From the NCBI RefSeq assembly GCF_000007225.1, contig NC_003364.1:1-32000 (forward strand): DNA of 32,000 nt, in the 5' to 3' direction. The stretch comes from Pyrobaculum aerophilum str. IM2 (GTDB lineage: Archaea > Thermoproteota > Thermoprotei > Thermoproteales > Thermoproteaceae). Made by a program: the position numbers and the translations under genes. The notes under the pieces are model-generated. The model was not told where the DNA came from, did not search any database, and worked only from the letters and a program-made list of their open reading frames with translations. Shown in pieces: positions 1-7,913 of the stretch (the first letter of the stretch is position 1; every line of letters starts with the position of its first letter).

Positions 1-957
1 GTGTTGGGTAATTACTTGACGTCTGCCTTGCGCGAGGCTGGCATAGACTGCCTCTGCCTCCCCAGACACTTCAAGTGCAGGGGAGATATTGCGCAGTGCG
101 CGGCCGTGTGGACGCTCGTGGGAAGGTATAAGATATGCCCCGGCGAATGCTCCGGCGTGCCCGTCGCCGAGATTGACGGCGTTGTTTTTTTAAGGCGCGG
201 GGGCGGGAGGACTTGCGGCTGGGAGCTGGGGAGGCGTTGTGAAAACCAGGTGGAAGTGCAATTCAAACCGCCGGCGTGGCCAATAATCGTTGTGGACTTG
301 TCTCTCTGGGAGGAGCACACAAGGGGGGAAAAACACGAATTAGTGGAACAAATTCTGGCGACGCTGGGGGCTGTGAGGCGGTTTTTGTGGGACGGCAACC
401 TCTGGATTACAAACGCCTCCGGCGAGTTCATAGAGCTTCTTAATTTACACGCCAGAGGCCTTGTGCACAAGATGGGGGTATTTGACAAAATGCCGCAACT
501 GGAGAACCCGGTGGTCCTCGACCCCGAGGGGCCGTGTCTATTCACCGAGGAGGTAGCGAGGGGCTATTCTGAGTTTATAATAGGGGGGATTGTGGACAAG
601 GAGAGGACGGCGAAGTCCGCCACGGCGAGGCTCGCGGAGCTCATAGGCGTGTCTAAAAGGTGTAGAATTGAGCTAAGGGGTTCCCGCGTGGGGGTCCCCG
701 ACAGGATTAACAAAATTGCAGAGATTGTGTTGAGGACGTGGGCCGGCGAGCCGTTGGAAAAGGCGATTTTGGCGACGCAGGCAAAAAGAGACAGAGTATA
801 CCGCTTAATGTGGGAAATACAAAAAAGGGCTGGGAGATCGCAAGGGGGCTATTTAACTCTGAGCAGAAAGGCGCTTGAAGAGGCCAATTGGCTCGGGGCG
901 CCGTGGGAGGAGGTGGAGCTGGCCTTGAGGAAACTCCGCGTGAAAATTCTCGACTAG
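1..957 (+). CDS. trm10: SPOUT-class tRNA N1-methyltransferase, Trm10-like (start at or just upstream of window edge)
   Basis: The ORF is open from base 1 (318 codons). Motifs WPIIVVDLSLWEEHT, VVLDPEG, FIIGGIVDK and LRGSRVGVPDRINKI match my recollection of archaeal Trm10 (m1A9/m1G9) SPOUT enzymes. By-eye recognition only. Confidence 0.6.
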   Translation: MLGNYLTSALREAGIDCLCLPRHFKCRGDIAQCAAVWTLVGRYKICPGECSGVPVAEIDGVVFLRRGGGRTCGWELGRRCENQVEVQFKPPAWPIIVVDLSLWEEHTRGEKHELVEQILATLGAVRRFLWDGNLWITNASGEFIELLNLHARGLVHKMGVFDKMPQLENPVVLDPEGPCLFTEEVARGYSEFIIGGIVDKERTAKSATARLAELIGVSKRCRIELRGSRVGVPDRINKIAEIVLRTWAGEPLEKAILATQAKRDRVYRLMWEIQKRAGRSQGGYLTLSRKALEEANWLGAPWEEVELALRKLRVKILD

Positions 958-1427
958 GCCCTAGCCGCCCTTTTGATAAAAGCCACCACCTCCTCTATAT
1001 CTCTCCTCACCATTTCCTCGCTGGCGTATCTAGAAACCTCAGCGTCGCCGTCAAGGCCGTTGTATTGAAACTCGTGCAAGTCCAGAGCCAGCTCCACCAT
1101 CAGCCTCAACTCCCTATCGCCGACGATAGCCGCCACCTCCCGCATGCGCGATGTGGGCATTACGGCAATTATCCACTCTCCCCTCTCTACCACTTTGGCG
1201 GGGCTAATCCTGCGCCTGCCCGGAAAAGCCGCCACTATTCTATCTCTGTGCGCCGCGGCGACGGCCGCCAAATAGGCCTTGACGGCTTGAAACGCCTTAC
1301 CAGCGGCGTTTCGGATGAGGCCGTTTTTTAAAAACTCCTCGGCCAGCTCGGCCTCGTACAACGCCTCTTTTAAGCGGTCTCGCCGGTACTTTTCTAAATC
1401 CACCCAAGGCTTGGAGAGAGCAATCAC
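954..1427 (-). CDS. PaREP1-family (HEPN-like helical) protein
   Basis: 157-aa ORF. The N-terminal KPWVDLEKYRRDRLKEALYEAELAEEFLKNGLIRNAAGKAFQAVKAYL resembles the PaREP1 multi-copy family signature of Pyrobaculum as I recall it. Its stop shares the palindromic CTAG at 954-957 with the convergent upstream gene. Confidence 0.55.
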   Translation of the reverse strand: MIALSKPWVDLEKYRRDRLKEALYEAELAEEFLKNGLIRNAAGKAFQAVKAYLAAVAAAHRDRIVAAFPGRRRISPAKVVERGEWIIAVMPTSRMREVAAIVGDRELRLMVELALDLHEFQYNGLDGDAEVSRYASEEMVRRDIEEVVAFIKRAARA

Positions 1428-1470
1428 GATAAATGCCGCGGGTAAAAATTTAAAACTTTCCCCACGCCTC

Positions 1471-2397
1471 TCACCCTCTCAACGCCTCTTTTAAAACGCG
1501 GTAGGCATTGCGCCACGCCACCGCCTCGATTTCCTCCTCCGTGAAGCCGACCTCTCTTAACGCGTTTATGAAGTTCGGAATCTTATCCGCCGACTCAAGC
1601 CCCTGGGGAGTAGCCGAGATGCCCAGGTAGTCAGTCCCCAGCGCCAGCACCTCTACTCCGAACTTGTCCTTCACATACGCCGCGTGTCTGGCCAAGTCTC
1701 TAGGGGTTGGGCTCTGGGAAATTGTCCCGGGGATAAAGGTAAGCCCCAAGACGCCGCCGTTGTCTAACAACGCTTTTATTACGTCGTCGTCTACATTTCT
1801 GGGGTGGGGGTTGACGGCGCGGACATTCGCGTGGCTGATAACCACCGGCTTTTTAGCGATTTTCAACACGTCGAGGGCCGTCTGTTTGCTGGCGTGGGCT
1901 AAGTCCACCACCATGCCCAGCCTCTGCGCCTCCTCTACTAGCTCCTCCCCTGAGGCGGTCAGCCCTCCATCTCTCCTCGAGTAACAAGAGTGGCCCCATT
2001 TATTGTCTAAATTCCACGTAATGCCAACGGCCCTGACTCCCATTTTGTACAGAAGGCGGAGATCCTCTACCGTATACAAGACGTCGGCGCCCTCCAACGC
2101 GATGAGGAATTTAACCCCAGGGGCGTACAAGTCACCCCTCCCCTCCACGAGCTTGACGCCGTGTCGCTCGGAAATTGTGTAGTACACCTTTAACCCCTCT
2201 AAAATCAGCTCTCTGCTCGGAGTCCAGGAGCCGTAGGCGTTTACAAATGGGAAAACCGCCGCGAACACTAAATCCACGCCGGCGCGGCGGAGCTTGGGCA
2301 AGTCGCTCTGCCTCCCGCCATAGTCCTGGTCAAATGGAGGGGGGTTTAAAGAAGTGAGGAAATAGTAGGCGATGTCTTGGTGGAGATCAACAATCAT
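1471..2397 (-). CDS. membrane (renal-type) dipeptidase, peptidase family M19
   Basis: 308 aa. It has an N-terminal DLHQD, then VISHANVRAVNPHPRNVDDDVIKAL and LGTDY(L)G motifs typical of M19 dipeptidases. Confidence 0.85.
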   Translation of the reverse strand: MIVDLHQDIAYYFLTSLNPPPFDQDYGGRQSDLPKLRRAGVDLVFAAVFPFVNAYGSWTPSRELILEGLKVYYTISERHGVKLVEGRGDLYAPGVKFLIALEGADVLYTVEDLRLLYKMGVRAVGITWNLDNKWGHSCYSRRDGGLTASGEELVEEAQRLGMVVDLAHASKQTALDVLKIAKKPVVISHANVRAVNPHPRNVDDDVIKALLDNGGVLGLTFIPGTISQSPTPRDLARHAAYVKDKFGVEVLALGTDYLGISATPQGLESADKIPNFINALREVGFTEEEIEAVAWRNAYRVLKEALRG

Positions 2398-2610
2398 GCT
2401 GGCTCACCGGCAAGAAATACGCAGAAAGCCATGCCCCTTATTCCCCCACCCCAGTTCCAATAAGCGTTACGAAGACTGTCGAAGCCCGTCGTTGTGCTTA
2501 TTATTGACATGACGGGTTATAATAACATATTTTAAAACAAACCAACTTGAACTACGCCTTTTTTCAGTGAAGTCGCTGTTACTAATGCCTCAAGCGCTTG
2601 TATGGAGAAG

Positions 2611-2624
2611 ATTATACTATATAG
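2611..2624 (+). promoter_or_regulatory. TATA-like box for the ATPase gene (leaderless spacing)
   Basis: attatactatatag lies about 16-29 nt upstream of ATG 2640. The same spacing recurs at many genes in this window. Confidence 0.45.
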
Positions 2625-2639
2625 GATTTTGGAAGTACA

Positions 2640-3797
2640 ATGAGTCTTTCTTTGAGCCTTAAGAACTTCGGCCCTGTAATCAACGGGAAGATAATTGTGA
2701 AACCAATGACAGTATTTATAGGACCTAATGCCTCAGGCAAGTCGTATACAGCCATGGCGTTATATGCGTTCTATTCCGGCCTTACGAGGTCATACGCCTT
2801 GCCAAGGCTGGCGTGTGCGGAATACTCTAGAAAAAAGAAATGGGAAGAGTATCTACAGTGGCTTCAGAAGAGAGCAGTGAACGTCGTGGAAAAAGAATTC
2901 AGGAGGGTGTTCGGACTAAATTTACAAGACCTTACTACTAGAGGTGCTAGCGGAGGTGAGCTCATCTTGACAGTTAAACATCGCAGAGAACGTGTGAAAT
3001 ATATTCTAAAGTGGCCTGATGTATCGCTTAAAATTGAGGGTTTAAAGTGCTCTAAACGCGGCGGAAACAACGTCTCTGCGCTGTTTGACTACCTACGCTC
3101 AAGAGTACTCTACTTGCCGGCTTCTAGAAGCGGCCTTGTTCAGACATACGGCTTTTATGTAGATCTAGTGATAAGAGTCGCAGAAGAGCTTCCAATTACT
3201 GGGGTAAGGCTTGTGCCTCTCCCCGGCATAGTAGGCGACTTCCTCCGCTGGCTTTTAGTGCCACCTATGGAGGAAACACAGCTTTACCAATTGTTTAGAG
3301 AAAAGCTTGGCGTGGATGTCGAGCGGAAGGAGAGAGGCGTTGTCGTAAGGTTTGACGGGCTGGAAATGGATATAAGGAATTCGCCGTCTGGTATCGCCGA
3401 ATTGGCGCCGCTTGGCTTAATGCTACGCCATGGCATAGTCAAGAAAAAATATATGATTATCATAGAGGAGCCAGAGGCCCACTTACACCCTGAAATGCAA
3501 GTTAAGACAATGGACTTGTTGGCAGAGCTGGCGGCAAGGGGGGTTAGGCTCATACTAACAACTCACAGCGATTTAATGTTAAATAGGCTGAGCAATATAG
3601 TGTTGGAGGGCAAAATATTAACTCGGAATAAAGTCGCTGTCTATTTGTTTAAGCGGGAGGGCAATGGCTATATTACGGAGAGAATAAAAATAGGTAAAGA
3701 AGGAATACCTGACGACGAATTTCTACGCGTGTACGACCAACTTTACAAAGAGTATATGAGCCTAATTTATGCATCACAAGTACGTGAAAGTGGATGA
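2640..3797 (+). CDS. ABC/SMC-like ATPase of the AAA_15/AAA_21 (OLD/RloA/AbiL-like) type, no nuclease domain
   Basis: 385 aa. Walker A is GPNASGKS (aa 28-35) and a signature-like SPSGIAELAPL lies at about aa 248-258. Walker B is YMIIIEEPEAHLHP (aa 271-284) and the H-loop is LTTHSD (aa 306-311). The gene is AT-rich with A/T-ending codons, unlike its neighbours. Confidence 0.8.
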   Translation: MSLSLSLKNFGPVINGKIIVKPMTVFIGPNASGKSYTAMALYAFYSGLTRSYALPRLACAEYSRKKKWEEYLQWLQKRAVNVVEKEFRRVFGLNLQDLTTRGASGGELILTVKHRRERVKYILKWPDVSLKIEGLKCSKRGGNNVSALFDYLRSRVLYLPASRSGLVQTYGFYVDLVIRVAEELPITGVRLVPLPGIVGDFLRWLLVPPMEETQLYQLFREKLGVDVERKERGVVVRFDGLEMDIRNSPSGIAELAPLGLMLRHGIVKKKYMIIIEEPEAHLHPEMQVKTMDLLAELAARGVRLILTTHSDLMLNRLSNIVLEGKILTRNKVAVYLFKREGNGYITERIKIGKEGIPDDEFLRVYDQLYKEYMSLIYASQVRESG

Positions 3798-4143
3798 TTA
3801 CACAATTAGACTGCCTGAAGGGTTGCGTCTAATTGACCTGGCGCTGTTAGATAGAGAGGAAAGCAGAGGAAAAAAGGCCGATTATAAGGTCACTTTTAAT
3901 AGCAAATGCGGCGAAATTATTTTAATTGAAGTCACAGGAGTGCCTGAAATACGGAATATCAGGAAAGTAGAAGCTCGTGGCGTAGTGGTTAAGATAATAC
4001 ATCACAGCGGCGGCGTGAGAACCCCCGTGTATCAATTAGCGCGCAAATATAAAATCGCACTATTAAATTGCAGTAGTAATAATTATATAGACTTAGAATT
4101 AGTATTTATAAATTATTATAAAGAACTATATAATAAATGTTAA
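3769..4143 (+). CDS. small basic protein of unknown function, translationally coupled to the ATPase
   Basis: 124-aa ORF from ATG 3769. Alternative GTG starts at 3784 and 3790 give a GTGGATGA overlap with the ATPase stop at 3795-3797. I recognise no motif, and the C-terminal third is encoded by extremely AT-rich DNA. Confidence 0.55.
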   Translation: MHHKYVKVDDYTIRLPEGLRLIDLALLDREESRGKKADYKVTFNSKCGEIILIEVTGVPEIRNIRKVEARGVVVKIIHHSGGVRTPVYQLARKYKIALLNCSSNNYIDLELVFINYYKELYNKC

Positions 4144-4315
4144 GTATACTTAAATAATTTTTAATTTGGAGAGATGATACTAAGCTTCTTATTAAAAGCA
4201 GATGCTATACTCATCCCCGCCGACGACTGCAAGTAGTCGGGAGGAATGCCCAGCATAGAGAAACTAAAACCGAGCCGTGGAGAAACTTATTGGCAACTTG
4301 AAGCGCCGCGAGGCT

Positions 4316-4456
4316 TTAAGCGCCGCTCTCTAGCTCTTCAATTATTTCGCGGAGTTCGTCTAAGGCCTCCTCAGCAGTTTTGCAATCGCCGTCTTCAACC
4401 GCGGCTTCTAAAAGATCTGCAACGTCTCTCAGCCTCTTGGCCAGTTCTCTGGACAT
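4316..4456 (-). CDS. possible 46-aa acidic helical micro-protein
   Basis: Not in the ORF track; hand translation gives MSRELAKRLRDVADLLEAAVEDGDCKTAEEALDELREIIEELESGA*. A TATAAAG box (4476-4482, minus strand) lies 20-26 nt upstream of its ATG, right after the queE stop. Confidence 0.35.
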   Translation of the reverse strand: MSRELAKRLRDVADLLEAAVEDGDCKTAEEALDELREIIEELESGA

Positions 4457-4482
4457 GGGAATTGAGAAACGGCGTCTTTATA

Positions 4483-5151
4483 TCACTTCCCCCTGGCGTT
4501 TCCCCACGCCATTATGTGCAGTCTAGGCGTTACTCTAAACCCCCCTCTCACGGCCGCGTCCCATATTCTGCGCAACGCCTCGCCGTGTTCCTCAGGGCTC
4601 TCCGCCATGGGCATTAAAAACACGCGGCCTCTCGGAATGCCGTAGGCGACCACAAACCGCTCTACCTCCTCCACATCATCGGCGTTGCTGACGACGAATT
4701 TAAACCACGCCTTAGGGCTTGAGGCGTAGAAGGGGCTGAAGGGGGCCTTGACCCCGGCGTTGGAGAGCTTCGGCGACACGTCGTAGAAATCCACACAGCG
4801 GTCTAACTCCGGAGTGGGCGGATACGCGCCGCTCGTCTCCACTTCCACAGAGCCCAGAGCTCTCAAGGCGCACGCCAGCTCCTCAAGGCCCCTCCTCTGC
4901 CATATTAACGGCTCTCCTCCCGTCACAACCACGTGTCCCACAACGCTAAGGGCTAAGGCCTTGGCCACTATCTCCTCAACGCCCATCTCAACGCCGGCGT
5001 TAAAATCCCAGGAGTACTTAGTGTCGCAGTATATACACCTAATGGGACACCCGGCCAGCCTCACAAACACCGCAGGCCTCCCCAAGTTAATCCCCTCCCC
5101 TTGGAGAGAGGCGAATATTTCTAAAACCCTCACGCGGGGTGTTGCCGACAT
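4483..5151 (-). CDS. queE: 7-carboxy-7-deazaguanine synthase (radical SAM)
   Basis: 222 aa. It has an N-terminal FASLQGEG, a radical-SAM cluster motif CPIRCIYCDT, and an overall QueE-like layout. Confidence 0.85.
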   Translation of the reverse strand: MSATPRVRVLEIFASLQGEGINLGRPAVFVRLAGCPIRCIYCDTKYSWDFNAGVEMGVEEIVAKALALSVVGHVVVTGGEPLIWQRRGLEELACALRALGSVEVETSGAYPPTPELDRCVDFYDVSPKLSNAGVKAPFSPFYASSPKAWFKFVVSNADDVEEVERFVVAYGIPRGRVFLMPMAESPEEHGEALRRIWDAAVRGGFRVTPRLHIMAWGNARGK

Positions 5152-5640
5152 TTATTGACTCTTTCCCCCAAATTTAAGCCTCAACTTCCCCACCTCTTTT
5201 AACACCATTGAAATATAGCCCTCTGCCCTTTCCCTGTCTATGCCCCTCTCCGCGTATATGTACTGCAAAACGTCCACGTATTTCTTAAACTTCTCGTTTA
5301 GCCTCTTCCAGGGTATTCCCCTAAGCCTCTCGGCCAGCTCTTTATCTGCCGGGAGCTTGCCCCCCGCCATGAGACACGCCAGTATGGGATATCCAATATA
5401 TCCCCGGTAAATAGTCCCGTTGTCATTACTATACGCGTATTCTCCCTCAATAACTACGGTGTATGTTTTGTCCCCCTCTGAGGAGACCACTTCACAACGG
5501 CCCCCTCCCAGCACTTTAACACGGCCGTCAGCAACAGCACCCAATGCCTCAAGGACTTTTATCTTGGGAGGCAGGCGGAGATACACGAAAAGCACCACCC
5601 ACACCTTTATTAACATTTCGCCGGGGATTAGCCATTGCAA
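5152..5640 (-). CDS. conserved hypothetical protein tightly coupled to queE (probable true start GTG 5586)
   Basis: Its stop abuts the queE ATG with no gap (5152-5154 / 5151). A TTAATAAAGG box (5604-5613, minus strand) sits about 23 nt upstream of in-frame GTG 5586, which argues for a 144-aa product. No family recognised. Confidence 0.6.
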   Translation of the reverse strand: MQWLIPGEMLIKVWVVLFVYLRLPPKIKVLEALGAVADGRVKVLGGGRCEVVSSEGDKTYTVVIEGEYAYSNDNGTIYRGYIGYPILACLMAGGKLPADKELAERLRGIPWKRLNEKFKKYVDVLQYIYAERGIDRERAEGYISMVLKEVGKLRLKFGGKSQ

Positions 5641-5758
5641 TAACGCGCATGACCAAATCGTTCAACGTGACAAATATTTTAGTCAAAGAAGCTGTCAAGG
5701 GAGTTAGAAAAAATCTATATAGTTTTTAAACCATTTGTGAGCAAGTCTGTTAGTTCAT

Positions 5759-6184
5759 CTATATTTTTGACAACAGCTCGCCTATGCGCCTAATTCTCTC
5801 TCTGTAGGGGGCTATTCGGTCTGGCTCAGTGATTGCGACGTCTGTTATATACATGGCCCAGCTCTCCAACTCGTCTATTATTTCAGCTATACTCCTCGGC
5901 GCGCCGAGCCTCGGCCCGCGGATCCAGGGTATGAGCTTTACCGCGCTCCTCCCGCTTTCTGTCAACTCGTACCTCCCGTCGGGCCTCTTACTCACTAAGC
6001 CCTCTGCCTCTAGTTGTTTCAACAGAGGGTATACAGAGCCCGGAGAGGGCCTCCAAAAGCCCCAAGTGAAGTCCTCCACAGCTCTAATAATCTCAGCCCC
6101 ATTCATCGGCCGATCTGACAGTAGCCATAAGACAACCTCCCTCAGCCCTCTCCTGCTGATGAACGCCCAGGGAGGCGGGCCCAT
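5759..6184 (-). CDS. PadR-family winged-helix transcriptional regulator
   Basis: GAEIIRAVEDFTWGFWRPSPGSVYPLLKQLEAEGLVSKRPDGRYELTESG is the PadR wHTH pattern. I chose the start at internal ATG 6184 (aa 21 of the track ORF 5759..6244) because an AT-rich box at 6203-6216 lies about 25 nt upstream. Confidence 0.8.
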   Translation of the reverse strand: MGPPPWAFISRRGLREVVLWLLSDRPMNGAEIIRAVEDFTWGFWRPSPGSVYPLLKQLEAEGLVSKRPDGRYELTESGRSAVKLIPWIRGPRLGAPRSIAEIIDELESWAMYITDVAITEPDRIAPYRERIRRIGELLSKI

Positions 6185-6399
6185 GTGTTTACAATTTCCT
6201 CTGTTTAAAAATTTTTCGATTCCGATATCGGAAAAATAATTCAAGAGGCCAATGGGCTAATCTAAGAGCAGCCGGTCAGTTGCGGCATTTTTCGCGTCTC
6301 GATGTGTCTGCGCAACGCGTAATTCCTTGGCCAGTTGCGCTCAACAACGCCCTGGGCCCGCGGCGTTAATCGCTAAAAGGCAGTCTGCCCCGTGAGCTT

Positions 6400-7134
6400 T
6401 TAAAGCACTACTAGTTTTTTGAAGAGATCTGCTCTGTCAATGCGGACTCCTCCGAATTTCGAGTTCAAAATGACGACGCGCCCCTGGATCTCCACGCCGG
6501 ACAGGTCAAGCCTGTCCCCCGTGGATTCCACAATGCGAATATCCCCCTCGACGCGGGAGTTAGCCAACGCCACGTCGCCTTTTACTCTGTACAGCGAGAT
6601 TGAATACGCCTCAGCTCTTATACGTACCTCCCCCCTCACTTCCTCTATTAGCGCCTCCCCGACTATCCGCGCGTCTGTGAGGGACACAGCCCCGCTTATA
6701 CCTCCCGCATAAACGTGCCCGCCCGCCGCTATGCCGTCGCCGTTTACATCGCCCTTGACGGACTGTAACATCGCCGTCTCCAGCCTGGCCCCCGTTAGGA
6801 ATACGGCGCCTACCACTTCATTTATAAAGACGTGTCTGAACTTCGCCCCGCGTAAATCGACGTCGCCTTTCACGCTGTGGATATAAACGTCTATCCCCCT
6901 TGCCTCCGCCAGATCTACATTGCCAGTGACAAATTGAACTGCCAGGGGGCCGTATATCCTGGCGCCCCTTAGGCGGGGGGAGACGTCGACAACCTCGCCG
7001 CCGGGCAGATTGCACTTCTCGCAGTCCGGGAGGAACTCCAGCCGTCTTCTACAAGCCTTGTCCCTTACGCAATTAGGGTCGTGGTAAGGGCAGAAGCCGC
7101 TCTCCAGCGCCGGCCTGCCGCAAAAGCACTTCAC
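6400..7134 (-). CDS. Cys-rich zinc-ribbon N-terminus fused to a beta-helix (pentapeptide/bactofilin-like) repeat protein
   Basis: 244 aa with a GTG start at 7134 and an AT-rich box at 7150-7162. The N-terminus is CFCGRP..CPYHDPNC..C..C.KC. About 9 degenerate repeats follow, of the type VKGDV.L.GA+ / L.GARL..A.L. Confidence 0.7.
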   Translation of the reverse strand: MKCFCGRPALESGFCPYHDPNCVRDKACRRRLEFLPDCEKCNLPGGEVVDVSPRLRGARIYGPLAVQFVTGNVDLAEARGIDVYIHSVKGDVDLRGAKFRHVFINEVVGAVFLTGARLETAMLQSVKGDVNGDGIAAGGHVYAGGISGAVSLTDARIVGEALIEEVRGEVRIRAEAYSISLYRVKGDVALANSRVEGDIRIVESTGDRLDLSGVEIQGRVVILNSKFGGVRIDRADLFKKLVVL

Positions 7135-7159
7135 ACGGGGGCAAAAACCATAAATTTTT

Positions 7160-7835
7160 TAACATACACAGCTTCGACTGAGCCGTGAAGATCCGGAGTA
7201 CCACCGACGGTGAGGAAAACCCGCCCCTACTTCTTCCCCCTTCTTCCCTCCTAAGTATTCCGCGCGTTGAACATCCTCAGCTTTAGGCAAACTCTTATAT
7301 ACACCCGGTTTCCTCGTATTCTTTATAAATGGCGTTGGCGATTTTTTCAAGCTCCTCCAGTCTTTTTCCAACAGCTTTATTAATCTCCTCCTCACCTCTC
7401 CCGCGTATTATTTCGACTTGAAGACCGGCACTGGGGATTTGAGCGACCCTATGAAAGGGCGGCTTCGGGCGCTGTGATAATCCCTAGCGGCGAGGAAGTC
7501 AATTAAAGTCTCTTGATAGTTGTAAAAGCCGCTGGCCAGCGACCTTGCCTAGGAACAGCTTAAAAGACCTCGTCTCTTGCTCTAGCGCCGTAACTGTCTT
7601 TTTTAGAGGCATAAGAGGCTTTACCTCTTGTTCCAGCGACGTTATCTGCTTTAAAGATGCGGCCTCTTGCCCTAAGGAATCCGTTGTCTTAACTGGTCTA
7701 TCTCACGAGCCACGTGTTGTATTTGAGTCTTAACCTCTGCCTCTAGCAGTTTAAGGCTTTCCGCCACTTTACAATTCTGCCGTTCAGTGTGTAGTACAGT
7801 AGGACTACAGCTATTAACGGCGCTAGTGCGATGAG
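7160..7835 (-). pseudogene. probable decayed gene: TM helix plus coiled-coil segments scattered over three frames
   Basis: No intact ORF except an Arg/Lys-rich 78-aa one. The minus strand reads, in successive frames: KALWQLIALAPLIAVVLLYYTLNGRIVKW; AESLKLLEAEVKTQIQHVAREIDQLRQRIP*; SLGQEAASLKQITSLEQEVKPLMPLKKTVTALEQETRSFKLFLGKVAGQRLLQLSRDFN*; and EEEINKAVGKRLEELEKIANAIYKEYEETGCI*. Confidence 0.3.
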
Positions 7836-7913
7836 TTGCCAGAGCGCCTTAACTGCTATACAGATTCTGTTAAAAATTATATCGGGGATTGTTTACACGT
7901 GGCAGTCTTTCTC

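Noticed and set aside
12-2357. Antisense ORFs 12..545(-), 888..1331(+), 1664..1984(+), 2175..2357(+)
   Set aside because: Each lies opposite a gene with recognisable family motifs and has skewed Ser/Arg/Pro composition.
4246-4617. 123-aa plus-strand ORF
   Set aside because: It is antisense to queE and to the 46-codon ORF, Arg/Pro/Leu-rich, and has no promoter-like element.
6300-6345. Inverted repeat GCGCAAC...GTTGCGC between PadR and the beta-helix gene as a regulatory hairpin
   Set aside because: It has only 7 bp with a loop of about 17 nt. That is within chance expectation for GC-rich DNA, and there is no supporting context.
7159-7395. 78-aa minus-strand ORF (GTG start)
   Set aside because: It is Arg/Lys/Gly-rich junk. 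An alternative frame over the same DNA gives a clean helical peptide (EEEINKAVGKRLEELEKIANAIYKEYEETG) without a start codon. I treat it as part of the decayed region, and its stop lies inside the promoter of the next gene.
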